DNA of 64,000 bases from an uncultured Acidobacteriota bacterium (GCA_963700145.1 OY969474.1:4192001-4256000), one strand, 5' to 3'; shown: positions 18,382 to 28,958, counted from the stretch's first letter. The notes: generated by a model not told the origin, from the sequence alone. Made by a program: numbers and translations.

Positions 18382-18449
18382 TTGGACCCGTCCTCGCGGG
18401 TTGTGGAAAGATCGCCCGCTCGCCGGGCCGGCGAGCGAAGGGACCCCCC

Positions 18450-20162
18450 ATGCGTTGGAGCCGCTACTACCTCTACACCACCCGCGAGGTGCCGAACGAC
18501 GCCGAGGTCGTGAGCCACCAGCTCATGGTCCGCACCGGCATGATCAAGAAGCTGGCGGCGGGGATCTACACCTACCAGCCGTTCGGCTGGCGCAGCATCT
18601 GGAAGCTGATGGCGATCGTGCGCCGCGAGATGGACGCCGCCGGCGCCATCGAGCTGTCGATGCCGGCCGTCCAGCCGGCCGAGCTGTGGGTGGAGTCGGG
18701 GCGCTGGCAGCGCTACGGCAAGGAGCTGCTGCGCATCAAGGACCGCCACGAGCGCGAATTCGCCTTCGGCCCGACGCACGAGGAGGTGGTGACCGACATG
18801 GTGCGCCGGGAGCTCAAGAGCTACCGCCAGCTGCCGGTCAACCTCTACCAGATCCAGACCAAGTTCCGCGACGAGATCCGCCCGCGCTTCGGCCTGATGC
18901 GCGGGCGCGAGTTCCTGATGAAGGACGCCTACTCCTTCCACGCCAGCGCCGAGAGCCTCGACGAGGCCTACCAGGCGATGCGCCAGACCTACGAGCGCAT
19001 CTTCGAGGCCTGCCAGCTCGACTACAACGTCGTCGAGGCGGACACCGGGACGATCGGCGGCTCGGCCTCGCACGAGTTCATGGTGGTGGCCGAGACCGGG
19101 GAGAGCGCCGTCGTGCGCTGCCCGAAGTGCGGCTATGCGGCGAACGTCGAGAAGGCGGAGACGCGGTGGATTCCGCTGGCGCCAGCGCAGGGCGGCAAAA
19201 CGGAGCCCGAGCTGCGCGAGGTCTCGACCCCCGGAATGAGGTCCATCGAGGAGGTCTCCACTTTCCTCTCGATCGCGCCCGCGGAGCTGGTGAAGACGCT
19301 GATCTACGAGACCGAGAAGGGGTTCGTGGCGGTGGCGATCCGCGGCGACCGCGAGGTCAACGAGGTCAAGCTCGCCAACCACCTCGACGTCCAGCACCTG
19401 GCGCTGGCGAGCGACGAGAAGGTCCGGCAGGCGACGAGCGCGCCGGTGGGCTTCGCCGGGCCGGTCGGGCTGCCGCCGGAGCTGCGGCTGGTCGTCGACC
19501 CGACGGTGCCCGACCTCGCCTGCTTCGCCTGCGGCGCCAACAAGGCCGACGCGCACCTGACTGGCGCCGCCTGGGCCCGCGACGTCGGGCGCGGCGAGAC
19601 TGCCGACGTCGTGCTGGTCGGCGGCGGCGACCCCTGCCCGCGCTGCGACGGCACCCTCGAGCTCTTCCGCGGCATCGAGGTCGGGCACATCTTCAAGCTC
19701 GGCACCAAGTACTCGGAGGCGATGGCCTGCAACTTCACCGATGAGCAGGGCGTCGACTCGCCGATGATCATGGGCTGCTACGGCCTCGGCATCGGCCGCA
19801 CCGTCGCCGCCGCCATCGAGCAGAACCACGACGCCGACGGCATCGTCTGGCCGCGCCCGCTCGCCCCCTTCGAGGTGCTGCTCATCGCCCTCAACCCCGG
19901 CGACCCCGCGGTGCGCGAGGCCGCCGAAGGGATCTACGCCCGCCTGCGCGAGCAGGGCGTGGACGTCCTCTACGACGACCGCGACGAGCGCCCGGGCGTC
20001 AAGTTCAAGGACGCCGACCTCATCGGCCTGCCGGTGCGGCTCGTCGTGGGGGCCAAGTCCCTGGCCGACGGCCGCGTCGAAGTTTCCCTCCGCCGCGACC
20101 GCGTTAAGCACCAGGTCCCCGTCGCCGACGCCGTCCCCGCCGCCCTCGAGCGGCTGCTCTAG
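18450..20162 (+). CDS. proS: Proline--tRNA ligase (bacterial type with editing insertion)
   Basis: [69 protein letters not shown]. Confidence 0.97.
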   Translation: MRWSRYYLYTTREVPNDAEVVSHQLMVRTGMIKKLAAGIYTYQPFGWRSIWKLMAIVRREMDAAGAIELSMPAVQPAELWVESGRWQRYGKELLRIKDRHEREFAFGPTHEEVVTDMVRRELKSYRQLPVNLYQIQTKFRDEIRPRFGLMRGREFLMKDAYSFHASAESLDEAYQAMRQTYERIFEACQLDYNVVEADTGTIGGSASHEFMVVAETGESAVVRCPKCGYAANVEKAETRWIPLAPAQGGKTEPELREVSTPGMRSIEEVSTFLSIAPAELVKTLIYETEKGFVAVAIRGDREVNEVKLANHLDVQHLALASDEKVRQATSAPVGFAGPVGLPPELRLVVDPTVPDLACFACGANKADAHLTGAAWARDVGRGETADVVLVGGGDPCPRCDGTLELFRGIEVGHIFKLGTKYSEAMACNFTDEQGVDSPMIMGCYGLGIGRTVAAAIEQNHDADGIVWPRPLAPFEVLLIALNPGDPAVREAAEGIYARLREQGVDVLYDDRDERPGVKFKDADLIGLPVRLVVGAKSLADGRVEVSLRRDRVKHQVPVADAVPAALERLL

Positions 20163-20176
20163 GGGCCGGCGGGCCG

Positions 20177-20629
20177 CTACCAGACGAACAGCAGGTCGAA
20201 CCGGTTGTCCGACAGGGCGCCGGCGTGGTTGTAGCAGCGCACCTGGGCCGAGAAGTCGGCGCCGCCGGTGCCCCAGTTCACCACTTTGCACTGGTCGGCG
20301 TCCTCGCCGCCGTAGGCGGTGACCTGCACGTGCCCACCGGGACCCCACGAAGTGGCCCCCGCGAAAAGCGCGCCGCCGCCCACGCCCTTGCAGGTCACGG
20401 AGTAGGTGCCGATCGCGGTGCGGGTGACGAGGTTGGCGCTCGCCTTGCCGACCGCGTTGTACGAGTAGGGAACGCTCGGCGAGTAGGGAGCGCCGATCGT
20501 CGAGGACGGGGTGTTCGCCCAGAGGTAGCACAGCACGTTGGCCCCCCGGCCCGGGTCCGCGAGCGAGGGGAGCGACCAACCCGCGAGGACCAGCGCGAAG
20601 ACACAGACTGCAGCCAGCTTTCTGCTCAT
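20177..20629 (-). CDS. Secreted small beta-rich protein with 4 mature Cys
   Basis: AAGGAG RBS; signal peptide [24 protein letters not shown]; [19 protein letters not shown]. Confidence 0.75.
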   Translation of the reverse strand: MSRKLAAVCVFALVLAGWSLPSLADPGRGANVLCYLWANTPSSTIGAPYSPSVPYSYNAVGKASANLVTRTAIGTYSVTCKGVGGGALFAGATSWGPGGHVQVTAYGGEDADQCKVVNWGTGGADFSAQVRCYNHAGALSDNRFDLLFVW

Positions 20630-20806
20630 GACGATGTTCTCCTTTCGTGCCCTCTCGGGCGTCTCTCTCCAGGCGACGACGGCGTGCGAGTCGTTACAGC
20701 GGGGTCTTGCCCCAATGATAGGGCGCCGCGGCCGCATCCCGCAAATCATTGATTCCGCAAGCCCTACGGCTCACTGGCAGCCTCCGTGCTAGAGTTTCCG
20801 CCGTTG

Positions 20807-22165
20807 ATGGCAGACCCTCCGAGTAGCCTTCCCGCCCACGGCCCCGCTTTCGCGCTCGACCCGATCTGGGCGTTCGTCTTCGCGATCGTCCTGGTCCTGC
20901 TCAACGGCTTTTTCGTGGCCGCGGAGTTCGCGCTCGTCAAGGTGCGGGCGACGCAGCTCGACCCGCACGTGCAGGCCGGGGAGCGGCGCGGCAAGGTGGC
21001 GCGGCACATGGTGCGGCACCTCGACGCCTACCTCTCGGCGACGCAGCTCGGCATCACCCTGGCCAGCCTCGCCCTCGGCTGGATCGGCCACGGCGCCTTC
21101 TCCTGGATCGTCGAGCCGGTGGTGAGGCTCTTCGCCGGCGACAACCCGGCGCTGGTCGACTCGGCGGCCCTCACCCTCTCGTTCCTGGCGATCACCGTCC
21201 TGCACATCGTGCTCGGGGAGCTGGCGCCGAAGTCGCTGGCCATCCGCAAGCCGGAATCGACCTCGCTCAACGTCGCCCTGCCGCTCTACGTCTTCTACAA
21301 GGCCACCTACCCGATGATCTGGCTGCTCAACCACGCAGCCAACGGGCTGCTGCGGCTGGTGCGGATCCAGCCGGTCTCCGAAGGGGAGCTGGCGCACGAC
21401 GAGGAGGAGCTGCGGCTGCTCCTCGCCGGGGGCGGCGGCGCGCACCTCTCGGACCAGAAGCGCGAGCTGCTCGACAACGTCTTCGAGCTGTCGCACCGGG
21501 TGGCGCGGCAGATCATGGTGCCGCGCGCCGACGTCGTCTACCTCTCGACCATCCGCAGCCTCGAGGAGAACCTCCACATCGCCCGCGAGAGCGGGCACAC
21601 CCGCTTCCCGCTCTGCGAAGGGGACCTCGACCACACCGTCGGCGTCATCCACATCAAGGACATCTTCCGCGCCGACCCGCTGCCCGCCGACCTGCGGCAG
21701 ATCGCGCGCGAGATGGCCTTCGTCCCCGACACCCTGGGCCTCGACCGCCTGCTCAAGCGGATGCGCACCGAGCGCTTCCACATGGCGGCGGTGATGGACG
21801 AGTACGGCGGCGTCTCCGGCGTCGTCACCCTCGAGACGGTGATCGAGGAGATCGTCGGCCAGATCTCGGACGAGTTCGACGCCCCGGAGAAGCCGGAGCT
21901 GGTGCCCGGCGAGGAGGGGGTGTGGGAAGTCTCGGGCGGGATGCTGGTCGTCGAGCTCGAGGAGGCGCTCGGCATCGAGTTCTCCGAGCGCGACGAGGAC
22001 ACGATCGGCGGCGTCGTGCTCTCCGAGCTCGGGCGGCTGCCGGTCCCCGGCGACCGCGTCGAGGTGGGGCCGCTCGAGATCGAAGTCCTCGAGGTGCGGT
22101 TGAACCGCATCGTCTCGCTGCGCGTCCGCGTCAAGCAGCCGGCGGCCGTCGCCGGCGAAGGCTAG
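20807..22165 (+). CDS. Hemolysin-family CNNM/CBS/CorC protein
   Basis: LLNGFFVAAEFALV, TQLGITLASL, LGELAPKSLA, SGHTRFP, DEYGGVSGVVT. Confidence 0.92.
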   Translation: MADPPSSLPAHGPAFALDPIWAFVFAIVLVLLNGFFVAAEFALVKVRATQLDPHVQAGERRGKVARHMVRHLDAYLSATQLGITLASLALGWIGHGAFSWIVEPVVRLFAGDNPALVDSAALTLSFLAITVLHIVLGELAPKSLAIRKPESTSLNVALPLYVFYKATYPMIWLLNHAANGLLRLVRIQPVSEGELAHDEEELRLLLAGGGGAHLSDQKRELLDNVFELSHRVARQIMVPRADVVYLSTIRSLEENLHIARESGHTRFPLCEGDLDHTVGVIHIKDIFRADPLPADLRQIAREMAFVPDTLGLDRLLKRMRTERFHMAAVMDEYGGVSGVVTLETVIEEIVGQISDEFDAPEKPELVPGEEGVWEVSGGMLVVELEEALGIEFSERDEDTIGGVVLSELGRLPVPGDRVEVGPLEIEVLEVRLNRIVSLRVRVKQPAAVAGEG

Positions 22166-22169
22166 CCTC

Positions 22170-23810
22170 CTGCTCCGCCGCAGCGTCCCGCTCCTCCTCG
22201 CGTCCCTCCTCGCCGCCGCCGCGCCGGCCGCGGCGGCGATCCGCTTCCGCGAGGTCGCCGAGCCCTGGGGGCTCGCCTTCCGCCACCATCACGGCGGCAG
22301 CGGCCAGCGCCACATGCCGGAGACGATGGTGGGCGGGGTCGTCGTCTTCGACTACGACGGCGACGGCGACGAGGACGTGCTCTACGTCGACGCCGGGCCC
22401 CTCGCCGGCTACACGGGCGAGCCGCCGCGCTCGCGCCTCTTCCGCAACGACGGCGCCGGGCGCTTCGTGGACGCCACCGCCGCGGCGCGCCTGGCCGGCC
22501 CGGAGTACGGCGCCGGCGGCACCGCCGGCGACGTGGACGGCGACGGCGACCTCGACCTCTTCCTGGCCGGCTTCGGCCCCGACCGGCTGCTGCGCAACGA
22601 GGGGGACGGCACCTTCCGCGACGTCACCGCCGCCGCCGGCGCGGGCGACCCCTCCTGGAGCATGTCGGCGGCCTTCGCCGACCTCGACCGCGACGGCGAC
22701 CTCGACCTCTACGTCGCCAACTACGTCGAGTACCGCCTCGACGTCCACAAGGCCTGCTTCGACGAGGCCCGGCAGCTCGCCGGCTACTGCACGCCGCTGC
22801 GCTTCCTCGGCGCCCCCGACCGCCTCTTCCGCAACCGCGGCGACGGCACCTTCGCCGAGGCGACGCGGGAGATGGGCCTGCCGGAGGACGCCGGCAACGG
22901 GCTCGGCGTGGTCGTCGCCGACCTCGACGAGGACGGCTGGCCCGACCTCTACGTCGCCAACGACACGACGCCCAACTTCCTCTACCGCAACCGCGGCCGC
23001 GACGCCGGGGGCAAGCACGCCGGGTTCGAGGACGTCTCGACACTCTCCGGCGCCGCCCTCTCCGACCGCGGCCGCGCCGAGGGGAGCATGGGAGTGGACG
23101 CCGGCGACGCCGACGGCGACGGGCGGCTCGACCTGGTGGTGACGAACTTCGAGCTCGAGACCAACGTCCTCTACCGCAACCAGGGGAACCTGCTCTTCTC
23201 CGACAGCCGCTTCGCCGCCGGCATCGCCGAGCCGTCGCTGCTGTCGCTCGGCTTCGGCACCGCCTGGGCCGACTTCGACCACGACGCCGATCTCGACTTC
23301 GTGGTCGCCAACGGGCACATCCTCGACAACGCCGAGGCGATGAAGTCGCCCACCCCCTACCGCCAGCGCAACCAGGTCTACGAGAACCGGGGCGGCGGCC
23401 GCTTCGCGGAGGTGAAGGACGCGGGGCTCGACGTCGTGCGCGCCAGCCGCGGCCTGGCCACGGGCGACCTCGACGGCGACGGCGACCTCGAGGTCGTGGT
23501 CGTCAACTCGAACGACTGGAGCGAGGTCTACGAGGGGCTGGCGGCGGGGCCGTGGCTGGCCGTGGACCTCCTGGGGCGGGAGAGCAACCGCTCCGGGATC
23601 GGGGCGCGGGTCGAGCTGGAGTCGGCGGGCAAGCGCCAGGTGCGCGAGGTCAAGACCGGCTCCTCCTACCTCTCCCAGAACGCCTTGACCCTGCACTTCG
23701 GGCTCGGCGGCGCCGCTGCGGCCGACCGCCTGTCCGTCCGCTGGCCCTCCGGCAAGCGGCAGCGCTTCGAAGGTCTGCCGGCCAACCGGCGGTTGCTGAT
23801 CGTCGAATGA
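22170..23810 (+). CDS. CRTAC1-family protein (FG-GAP repeats + ASPIC/UnbV), copy 1; start uncertain (possibly CTG 22170)
   Basis: DxDGDGDxD repeats, SRGLATGD, GIGARV, SYLSQN..LHFGLG, VRWPSG; an in-frame signal peptide lies upstream of the listed ATG 22314. Confidence 0.88.
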   Translation: MLRRSVPLLLASLLAAAAPAAAAIRFREVAEPWGLAFRHHHGGSGQRHMPETMVGGVVVFDYDGDGDEDVLYVDAGPLAGYTGEPPRSRLFRNDGAGRFVDATAAARLAGPEYGAGGTAGDVDGDGDLDLFLAGFGPDRLLRNEGDGTFRDVTAAAGAGDPSWSMSAAFADLDRDGDLDLYVANYVEYRLDVHKACFDEARQLAGYCTPLRFLGAPDRLFRNRGDGTFAEATREMGLPEDAGNGLGVVVADLDEDGWPDLYVANDTTPNFLYRNRGRDAGGKHAGFEDVSTLSGAALSDRGRAEGSMGVDAGDADGDGRLDLVVTNFELETNVLYRNQGNLLFSDSRFAAGIAEPSLLSLGFGTAWADFDHDADLDFVVANGHILDNAEAMKSPTPYRQRNQVYENRGGGRFAEVKDAGLDVVRASRGLATGDLDGDGDLEVVVVNSNDWSEVYEGLAAGPWLAVDLLGRESNRSGIGARVELESAGKRQVREVKTGSSYLSQNALTLHFGLGGAAAADRLSVRWPSGKRQRFEGLPANRRLLIVE

Positions 23811-23880
23811 AAACGCCCGGCACGTAGGCCGGGCGCTACGGCGGCCTTCGTAGCGGCGGGCCTACGTGCCCGCCGTTTTC
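23809..23880. repeat. Inverted pair of 31-bp GTAG-type REP elements
   Basis: 23809-23839 is the reverse complement of GTAG-CGCCCGGC-CTACGT-GCCGGGCG-TTTTC; 23850-23880 is GTAG-CGGCGGGC-CTACGT-GCCCGCCG-TTTTC. Confidence 0.85.
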
Positions 23881-25215
23881 TCTCAGGTGGTTCGAAGCGC
23901 AGCGGTAGCCGCCGGTGAGGATCACGCTGCGCACGAGCGGGGGCAGGAAGTCGAGCCGGGTCCCGGCGCGAGCGAAGACCTCCGCGGCGAGCTTGTCGCC
24001 GGCGGGCAGCAGCGCGGCGAACCCTTCGGCCCTGACCTTCCCTTCCCGTGTCTCGACCACCACGTTGTTCCAGGTGATCCGGAAGTCGGGGTGGCCGACC
24101 CCGCGCGGGTCGGCGAGGAGCGGCACAGGGACGTTGAGGAGCGGCAGCCGCCCGACGTCCATCCCCTGCCGCGCGAGGTGCGCCGCGACCGCGTCGAGGA
24201 AGCCTTGCAGCGCTGCGGCGCGGGGGCCCTCCTGGACGGCGGCGAGCGCCGCCGCCACGTCCGCGGCGCCGGGAGCGAGACCGTAGGCGGCACGGAAGCC
24301 TTCCCACTCCGCGGGCGTCGTGCGGCGGAGGGCCTCACGGCCGAGCCCGAAGTCGGCGACCAGGGCGCGCAGGCCCCCACCGGGCGCCGGCAAGAAGGTG
24401 ACGAGCGAGTCGAGGTCGTAGCCCGCGCCGCCGCCGAGCGTGCGCAAGAGCGCCGGCCGCGCCGCCGGCGCGACGTCGGCCGGCCGTGGGTGGACGAAGC
24501 GCACGGGCCGGCCGTAGAGGCCGCCCAGCTCGGCCGCGGCGTGCTCGACGGCCGCCATGTAGCGGTCCACGCCGGCCGCCGTGGCGAACTCTTCGACCGG
24601 CACACGTGCCAGCCCGAGGATCTCGAGCGCCCGCAGCTCGACGGTGTGGAGGCTGATCCAGGCGCCGCCGCCGGCCAGGAGCACCTGGCCGTTGTGGAAG
24701 GGCACCGGCGCCCTCGTCCAGCGCACGCCCCCCCAGGCCTCGTCCAGCGCCGGCGGCAGGTTCTCCACCACCGCGCGCCCCATCCAGAGGTCCTCCTCGC
24801 GCCCGGGCTGGGCGTTCGGCCGGGTGAGGACCACCACCCTGCCGTCGCCGTCCCGGACCAGGCTCAGCGGATCGCGCGGCCAGGGGGAGTAGCGGCGGCC
24901 GGAGGTGGGGAGGACGGTGAGGCCGGGAGCCGCGGCGAGCCGCAGGTCGGTCAGCACCAGGAGCGTACGCCGCCCGTCGAGCGCCCGCACCGCGGCGAGG
25001 AGCGCCTCGGCCTCCGGCCGCGCGATCAGGTGGGAGGGGAAGGAGTAGAGCGACGCCACGAGACGGCCCGCGGTGTCGTCGGCGAAGCGGAGGCGGCCGG
25101 GGGCGTAGGGAGCATCGGGAGCGGCGACACCCCCTCCGGCCGGGGCGGGCTGCGCGGTGGAACAAGACCAGAGGAAGCCCAGCGCGACGGCGAGCCGGGC
25201 GGGGACTGCGAGCAT
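23836..25215 (-). CDS. Lipoprotein with putative pentein (amidinotransferase/agmatine deiminase-like) fold
   Basis: Lipobox LWSC; SPWPRD, ITWNNVVV, C-terminal GGYRCAS. Confidence 0.6.
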   Translation of the reverse strand: MLAVPARLAVALGFLWSCSTAQPAPAGGGVAAPDAPYAPGRLRFADDTAGRLVASLYSFPSHLIARPEAEALLAAVRALDGRRTLLVLTDLRLAAAPGLTVLPTSGRRYSPWPRDPLSLVRDGDGRVVVLTRPNAQPGREEDLWMGRAVVENLPPALDEAWGGVRWTRAPVPFHNGQVLLAGGGAWISLHTVELRALEILGLARVPVEEFATAAGVDRYMAAVEHAAAELGGLYGRPVRFVHPRPADVAPAARPALLRTLGGGAGYDLDSLVTFLPAPGGGLRALVADFGLGREALRRTTPAEWEGFRAAYGLAPGAADVAAALAAVQEGPRAAALQGFLDAVAAHLARQGMDVGRLPLLNVPVPLLADPRGVGHPDFRITWNNVVVETREGKVRAEGFAALLPAGDKLAAEVFARAGTRLDFLPPLVRSVILTGGYRCASNHLRENGGHVGPPLRRPP

Positions 25216-25264
25216 CTGGCGGAGTCTAACCCGCGAGGGCGGCCTGCTAAGCTCGCGCGTCCGT

Positions 25265-27355
25265 ATGGCCAAGAAGCGGCGCGGCGAGCGCTCCCGCCGG
25301 GCGGAAGCGCCCGCTCCCGCCTCCGCAGCGCCCGCGGCACTGGAGCCGCGCGCGACCCTCCCTCGCACCTGGCTCGCCGCCGTCGCCGCGCTCGCCTTCG
25401 CGGTGCGCGCCGCGGTCGCCCTGCAGCTCGCGCCGACCGCGCTCTTCCGCTTGCCGCAGCTCGACTCGCTGGAGTTCCTGCTCTGGGCGCAGAGCGTCGC
25501 CGCCGGCGAGGCGCGCTGGCCGGCGGTCCCCACGCACGGTCCCGTCTACCCCTACTTCCTGGGCGCCCTGCTGGCCCTCTTCGACGGCTCCTTCACCGCC
25601 GTGCGCCTGGTGCAGGCGGCGCTCGGCGCTGGGCTCTGCGCGCTCGCCGCCGTCCTCGCTGCCTGCCTCTTCGACGACCGCCGCGCCGGTCTCGCCGCCG
25701 GGCTGCTGCTGGCGCTCTACGGGCCGCTCGTCTACGTCGAGATCTCCTTCCTCGCCGAGGGGCTGCTGCTCTTCCTGGCGTTCGCGGCGCTCTGGTGCCT
25801 GCTCCGGCCGGCGCCGACTCCCGGGGCCTCCATCGCCGCCGCAGCCGCCGCGGGCCTCCTCCTCGGCCTCGCCGCAGCGACCCGCGCCACCGCCCTGGCG
25901 CTCGTCCTGGCGCTGGCGCTCGCCCTCCTCCTCGACCGCCGCCGGCCGCGGCGCGCGCTCGCCGCCGGCGCGCTCGCCGCCGCGGCCCTGGCCGTGGTCC
26001 TGCCCGTCCTCGTCGCGGTGCGGCAGGCGAGCGGGAGCTGGCTGCCGATCCAGGGCTACGGCGGCCTCAACCTCTACATGGGGAACCGCCCGGGCGCCCC
26101 AGGCGTCCCCACCGCGCGGCTCGGCGGCGACTGGGACCGGCTGAGCGGCGAGCCCGCCCGCCGTGGCATCGCCGGCGCCGCGGCGCAGGAGCGCTGGTAC
26201 ACGCGCCAGCTCCTCGCCGAAGCGCGCGAGCGGCCGGGCGCGGTGCTGGCGGCGGTCGCGCGCAAGGGCGGGTGGCTCGTCCAGGACGAGGAGATCCGCG
26301 AGAGCCACAGCTTCTACTTTTTCCGCGCACGCTCGGCGCTCCTGCGCATCCTGCCCGGCTTCGCACTCCTCTTCCCGCTCGCCCTCTGCGGGCTGGTCGC
26401 GGCGGTGCGGGGACGCCGTCTGCCGCCCGCGCTCGCGCTCTACCTCCTGGTCTTCGCCGCCTCCTGCGTCGCCATCGTCATGTCCTCGCGCTACCGGCTG
26501 CCGCTGGTGCCGGCGCTCGCCGTCCTGGCCGGCGGCGGGGTCGCCTGGCTGCTCGACGCGGCGCGGGAACGGCGCTGGAAGACCCTCGGCGGCTTGGCCG
26601 CGCTCCTGGCGGCGGGGTTCGCCGCGACCCAGCTCCGCGACCACGCCCCGAGCCGCAATCTGGCCGAGGAGTCGGCCCTGACCGCCCTGTCGCTGGAGGC
26701 GCAGGACGACGTCGCCGGGGCGCGCGCGGCCGTCAAGGAGGCGCTGCGGGAGGACCCCGAGTCGGCGTTCGCGTGGGCGATCGCCGGGCGGCTGGCGGAG
26801 CGCGAGGGGGACGCGGCGCGGGCGGAGCGCGCCTTCGCCGCCTCCGCCCGGCTGGCGCCGGACTTCCAACGCGCGCGGCTCAACCTGGGGGCCGCCCTGC
26901 GGCGGCGCGGCGACCTGGCCGGCGCCGAGCGCGAGCTGCGGCGGGCGCTCTGGCTGGTGCCGGGGCACGCCGGGGCGCGGCGCGAGCTGGCGGCGGTGCT
27001 GCTCGAGCGCGCCCGGCGCGAAGGGGCGGCGCGCAACCCGGGGCGCGGCCAAGCGCTGGCCGCCGAGGCGGCGCGCCTCGCCCCCGGGGAGGCGGAGAGC
27101 TGGCTGACGCTGGGGATGCTGGCGCTCGACGCCGGCGACCCGGCCGCCGCCCGCGCCGCATTGGAGCGCGCGGGCGGGATGATGGGCCCGGAAGCGCCGC
27201 CGGTCGCCCTCGGCTGGGCGCTGCTGGACCGCCTGGAGGGGCGGCCGGAGGCGGCCGTGGAGCGGCTGCGGCGGCTTCTGGCGCGCCACCCCGGCTACCA
27301 GCCGGCGGCGCAGCTCCTGCGCGCCCTCGCTACGAGCGCCCCTCCTTCTCCTTGA
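25265..27355 (+). CDS. GT-C (PMT/ArnT-like, GT39-like) membrane glycosyltransferase with C-terminal TPRs
   Basis: LD..F..WA..., PVYPYFLG, VRLVQA, GGLNLYMGN, SRYRLPLVP, then TPR helices. Confidence 0.8.
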   Translation: MAKKRRGERSRRAEAPAPASAAPAALEPRATLPRTWLAAVAALAFAVRAAVALQLAPTALFRLPQLDSLEFLLWAQSVAAGEARWPAVPTHGPVYPYFLGALLALFDGSFTAVRLVQAALGAGLCALAAVLAACLFDDRRAGLAAGLLLALYGPLVYVEISFLAEGLLLFLAFAALWCLLRPAPTPGASIAAAAAAGLLLGLAAATRATALALVLALALALLLDRRRPRRALAAGALAAAALAVVLPVLVAVRQASGSWLPIQGYGGLNLYMGNRPGAPGVPTARLGGDWDRLSGEPARRGIAGAAAQERWYTRQLLAEARERPGAVLAAVARKGGWLVQDEEIRESHSFYFFRARSALLRILPGFALLFPLALCGLVAAVRGRRLPPALALYLLVFAASCVAIVMSSRYRLPLVPALAVLAGGGVAWLLDAARERRWKTLGGLAALLAAGFAATQLRDHAPSRNLAEESALTALSLEAQDDVAGARAAVKEALREDPESAFAWAIAGRLAEREGDAARAERAFAASARLAPDFQRARLNLGAALRRRGDLAGAERELRRALWLVPGHAGARRELAAVLLERARREGAARNPGRGQALAAEAARLAPGEAESWLTLGMLALDAGDPAAARAALERAGGMMGPEAPPVALGWALLDRLEGRPEAAVERLRRLLARHPGYQPAAQLLRALATSAPPSP

Positions 27356-28958
27356 GCTTCTTCAAGTTGCCGGCGGCCACCTGGTCGTCCGGCTTGATCT
27401 CCAGCACCTTCTCGAGCAGCGTCCGCGCCTGGGCGAAGTCGCCGCGGACCATCAGCAGCACAGCGAGGTCGTTCATCGCCGGCACGTAGGCCGGGGCGAG
27501 CTGGAGGGCGCGCCGGAAGTCGGCCTCGGCCGCGTCGGGCTGGCCCATGGCGAGCTGGACGACGCCGCGCTGGTAGACGGCGTCGGGGTTGTCGGGAGCG
27601 AGGCGCAGCGTGTCCTGCGCCACCTGGAGCGCTTCGTCCAGGCGCTTGAGCGAGAGCAGGGCGCGGATCGAGAGGACGCGCGGCCAGAGGTCGCCGGGCG
27701 CGGCCGCCGCCGCCTTCCGCGTCAGCTCGAGCGCCTTCTCGAACTGGCCGAGCTCGAGCAGCTTCAACGCCTCGCGCAGCGCCGGGTCCGCCGGCACGTT
27801 GGGCCCCTCCTTCGCCGCGGCGGCCGCCACCTGCGCTTCGGCCGACAGCTCGGAGAAGCGGGCGAGCGCCTTCTGGGCGTCGTCGCGCCGGCCGGCGCCC
27901 GTCAGCGACTGGCCGTAGGTCTGCCAGGCCTGGGTGTCGCGCGGCAGGAGCTGCGTGGCCTTTTCCAGCACCGGCACCGCCTCGGCGTGCCTGCCCGCCG
28001 CGACCAGCATCCGGCCGTAGGCGCGGACGATGGCGCCGGCCAGAGCGCGCGCGTCGTCCCGCTGCGGCGGCGCCTTCTGGTCGCGCACCGCCTCGGCGAG
28101 GGGGCGGAGCTGGGCCAGCGCCCGGTCCACCTCGCCCCGCTGGTAGAGGGCGTCGGAGAGGAGGAGCGCGGTGGCGGGGTCCTGCAAGTCCCCCTGCTCG
28201 AGCAGCGCGATCGCCGCCGCCGAGTCGCCGGTCGCGAGGTGAGCGTCGGCCAGCATGCGGTAGAGGTCGGCCTTCATCTCGGGGGGGTGCTGCGCGCGCA
28301 GCGGCTCGAGCATCGCCAGCGCGGCGCGCGGGTCCCCCTGGGCGAGCAGGAGCTTGCCGCGCAGGAGACGCACCTTGGGCTGCTCCTCCGGCGTACCGGC
28401 GAGGAGCGCCGCGGCGTCCTCCCGCCGGCCGAGCTGCAGGGCGAGGAGGGCCGCCGCGAGGCGGTTGTCGAGGTCCTCCGGATGGGCCGTCGCCCAGGGG
28501 CGGAGGAGGGCGTAGGCGGCCACCGGGTCGCCCTCCTGCGCGAGGGCGATGCCGAGCTCGCGGCCGGCCGGCGAGACCGGCGCCAGCTTGGCCGCGCGCT
28601 CCAGGTAGCCGCGCCCCTTCTCCGGCAGCCCCGCCGCGAGCGCGGCGCGGGCGGCGTTGTAGAGGACAGCCGGATCGGCGTCCGGCTTGTCGGCGAGCGG
28701 CACGAGGAGACCGTAGGCCTCGGTGCCGCGCCCGGCCTCCAGATAGAGGGCGCCGAGCATCGAGAGGACGATCACCGGCGTGTCGGGCTGCGCGCGCAGC
28801 GGCTCGAGCGCGGCGATGGCGCCCGCCATGTCGCTGGCTGCCAGGCGCTCCTGCGCCGCGATGAGCGCCTGGGCCGCCGCGGGGGGGACGGGCGCCGGGG
28901 TCTGCTGGGCCGCAAGAGGGGCGGCGAGAAGAAGCAGCGAGAGCAAAAGACTCTTCAT
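27330..28958 (-). CDS. Secreted multi-TPR protein
   Basis: AAGGAG RBS; signal MKSLLLSLLLLAAPLAA; TPR units (AVYQRG...AEADFRRALQLAP). Confidence 0.85.
   Translation of the reverse strand: MKSLLLSLLLLAAPLAAQQTPAPVPPAAAQALIAAQERLAASDMAGAIAALEPLRAQPDTPVIVLSMLGALYLEAGRGTEAYGLLVPLADKPDADPAVLYNAARAALAAGLPEKGRGYLERAAKLAPVSPAGRELGIALAQEGDPVAAYALLRPWATAHPEDLDNRLAAALLALQLGRREDAAALLAGTPEEQPKVRLLRGKLLLAQGDPRAALAMLEPLRAQHPPEMKADLYRMLADAHLATGDSAAAIALLEQGDLQDPATALLLSDALYQRGEVDRALAQLRPLAEAVRDQKAPPQRDDARALAGAIVRAYGRMLVAAGRHAEAVPVLEKATQLLPRDTQAWQTYGQSLTGAGRRDDAQKALARFSELSAEAQVAAAAAKEGPNVPADPALREALKLLELGQFEKALELTRKAAAAAPGDLWPRVLSIRALLSLKRLDEALQVAQDTLRLAPDNPDAVYQRGVVQLAMGQPDAAEADFRRALQLAPAYVPAMNDLAVLLMVRGDFAQARTLLEKVLEIKPDDQVAAGNLKKLKEKEGRS

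Noticed and set aside
16125-20162. 1345-aa proS fusion, and similarly extended ORFs at 1994, 31176, 51148 and 60714
   Set aside because: The upstream parts are off-frame read-through of neighbouring genes; the true starts are internal
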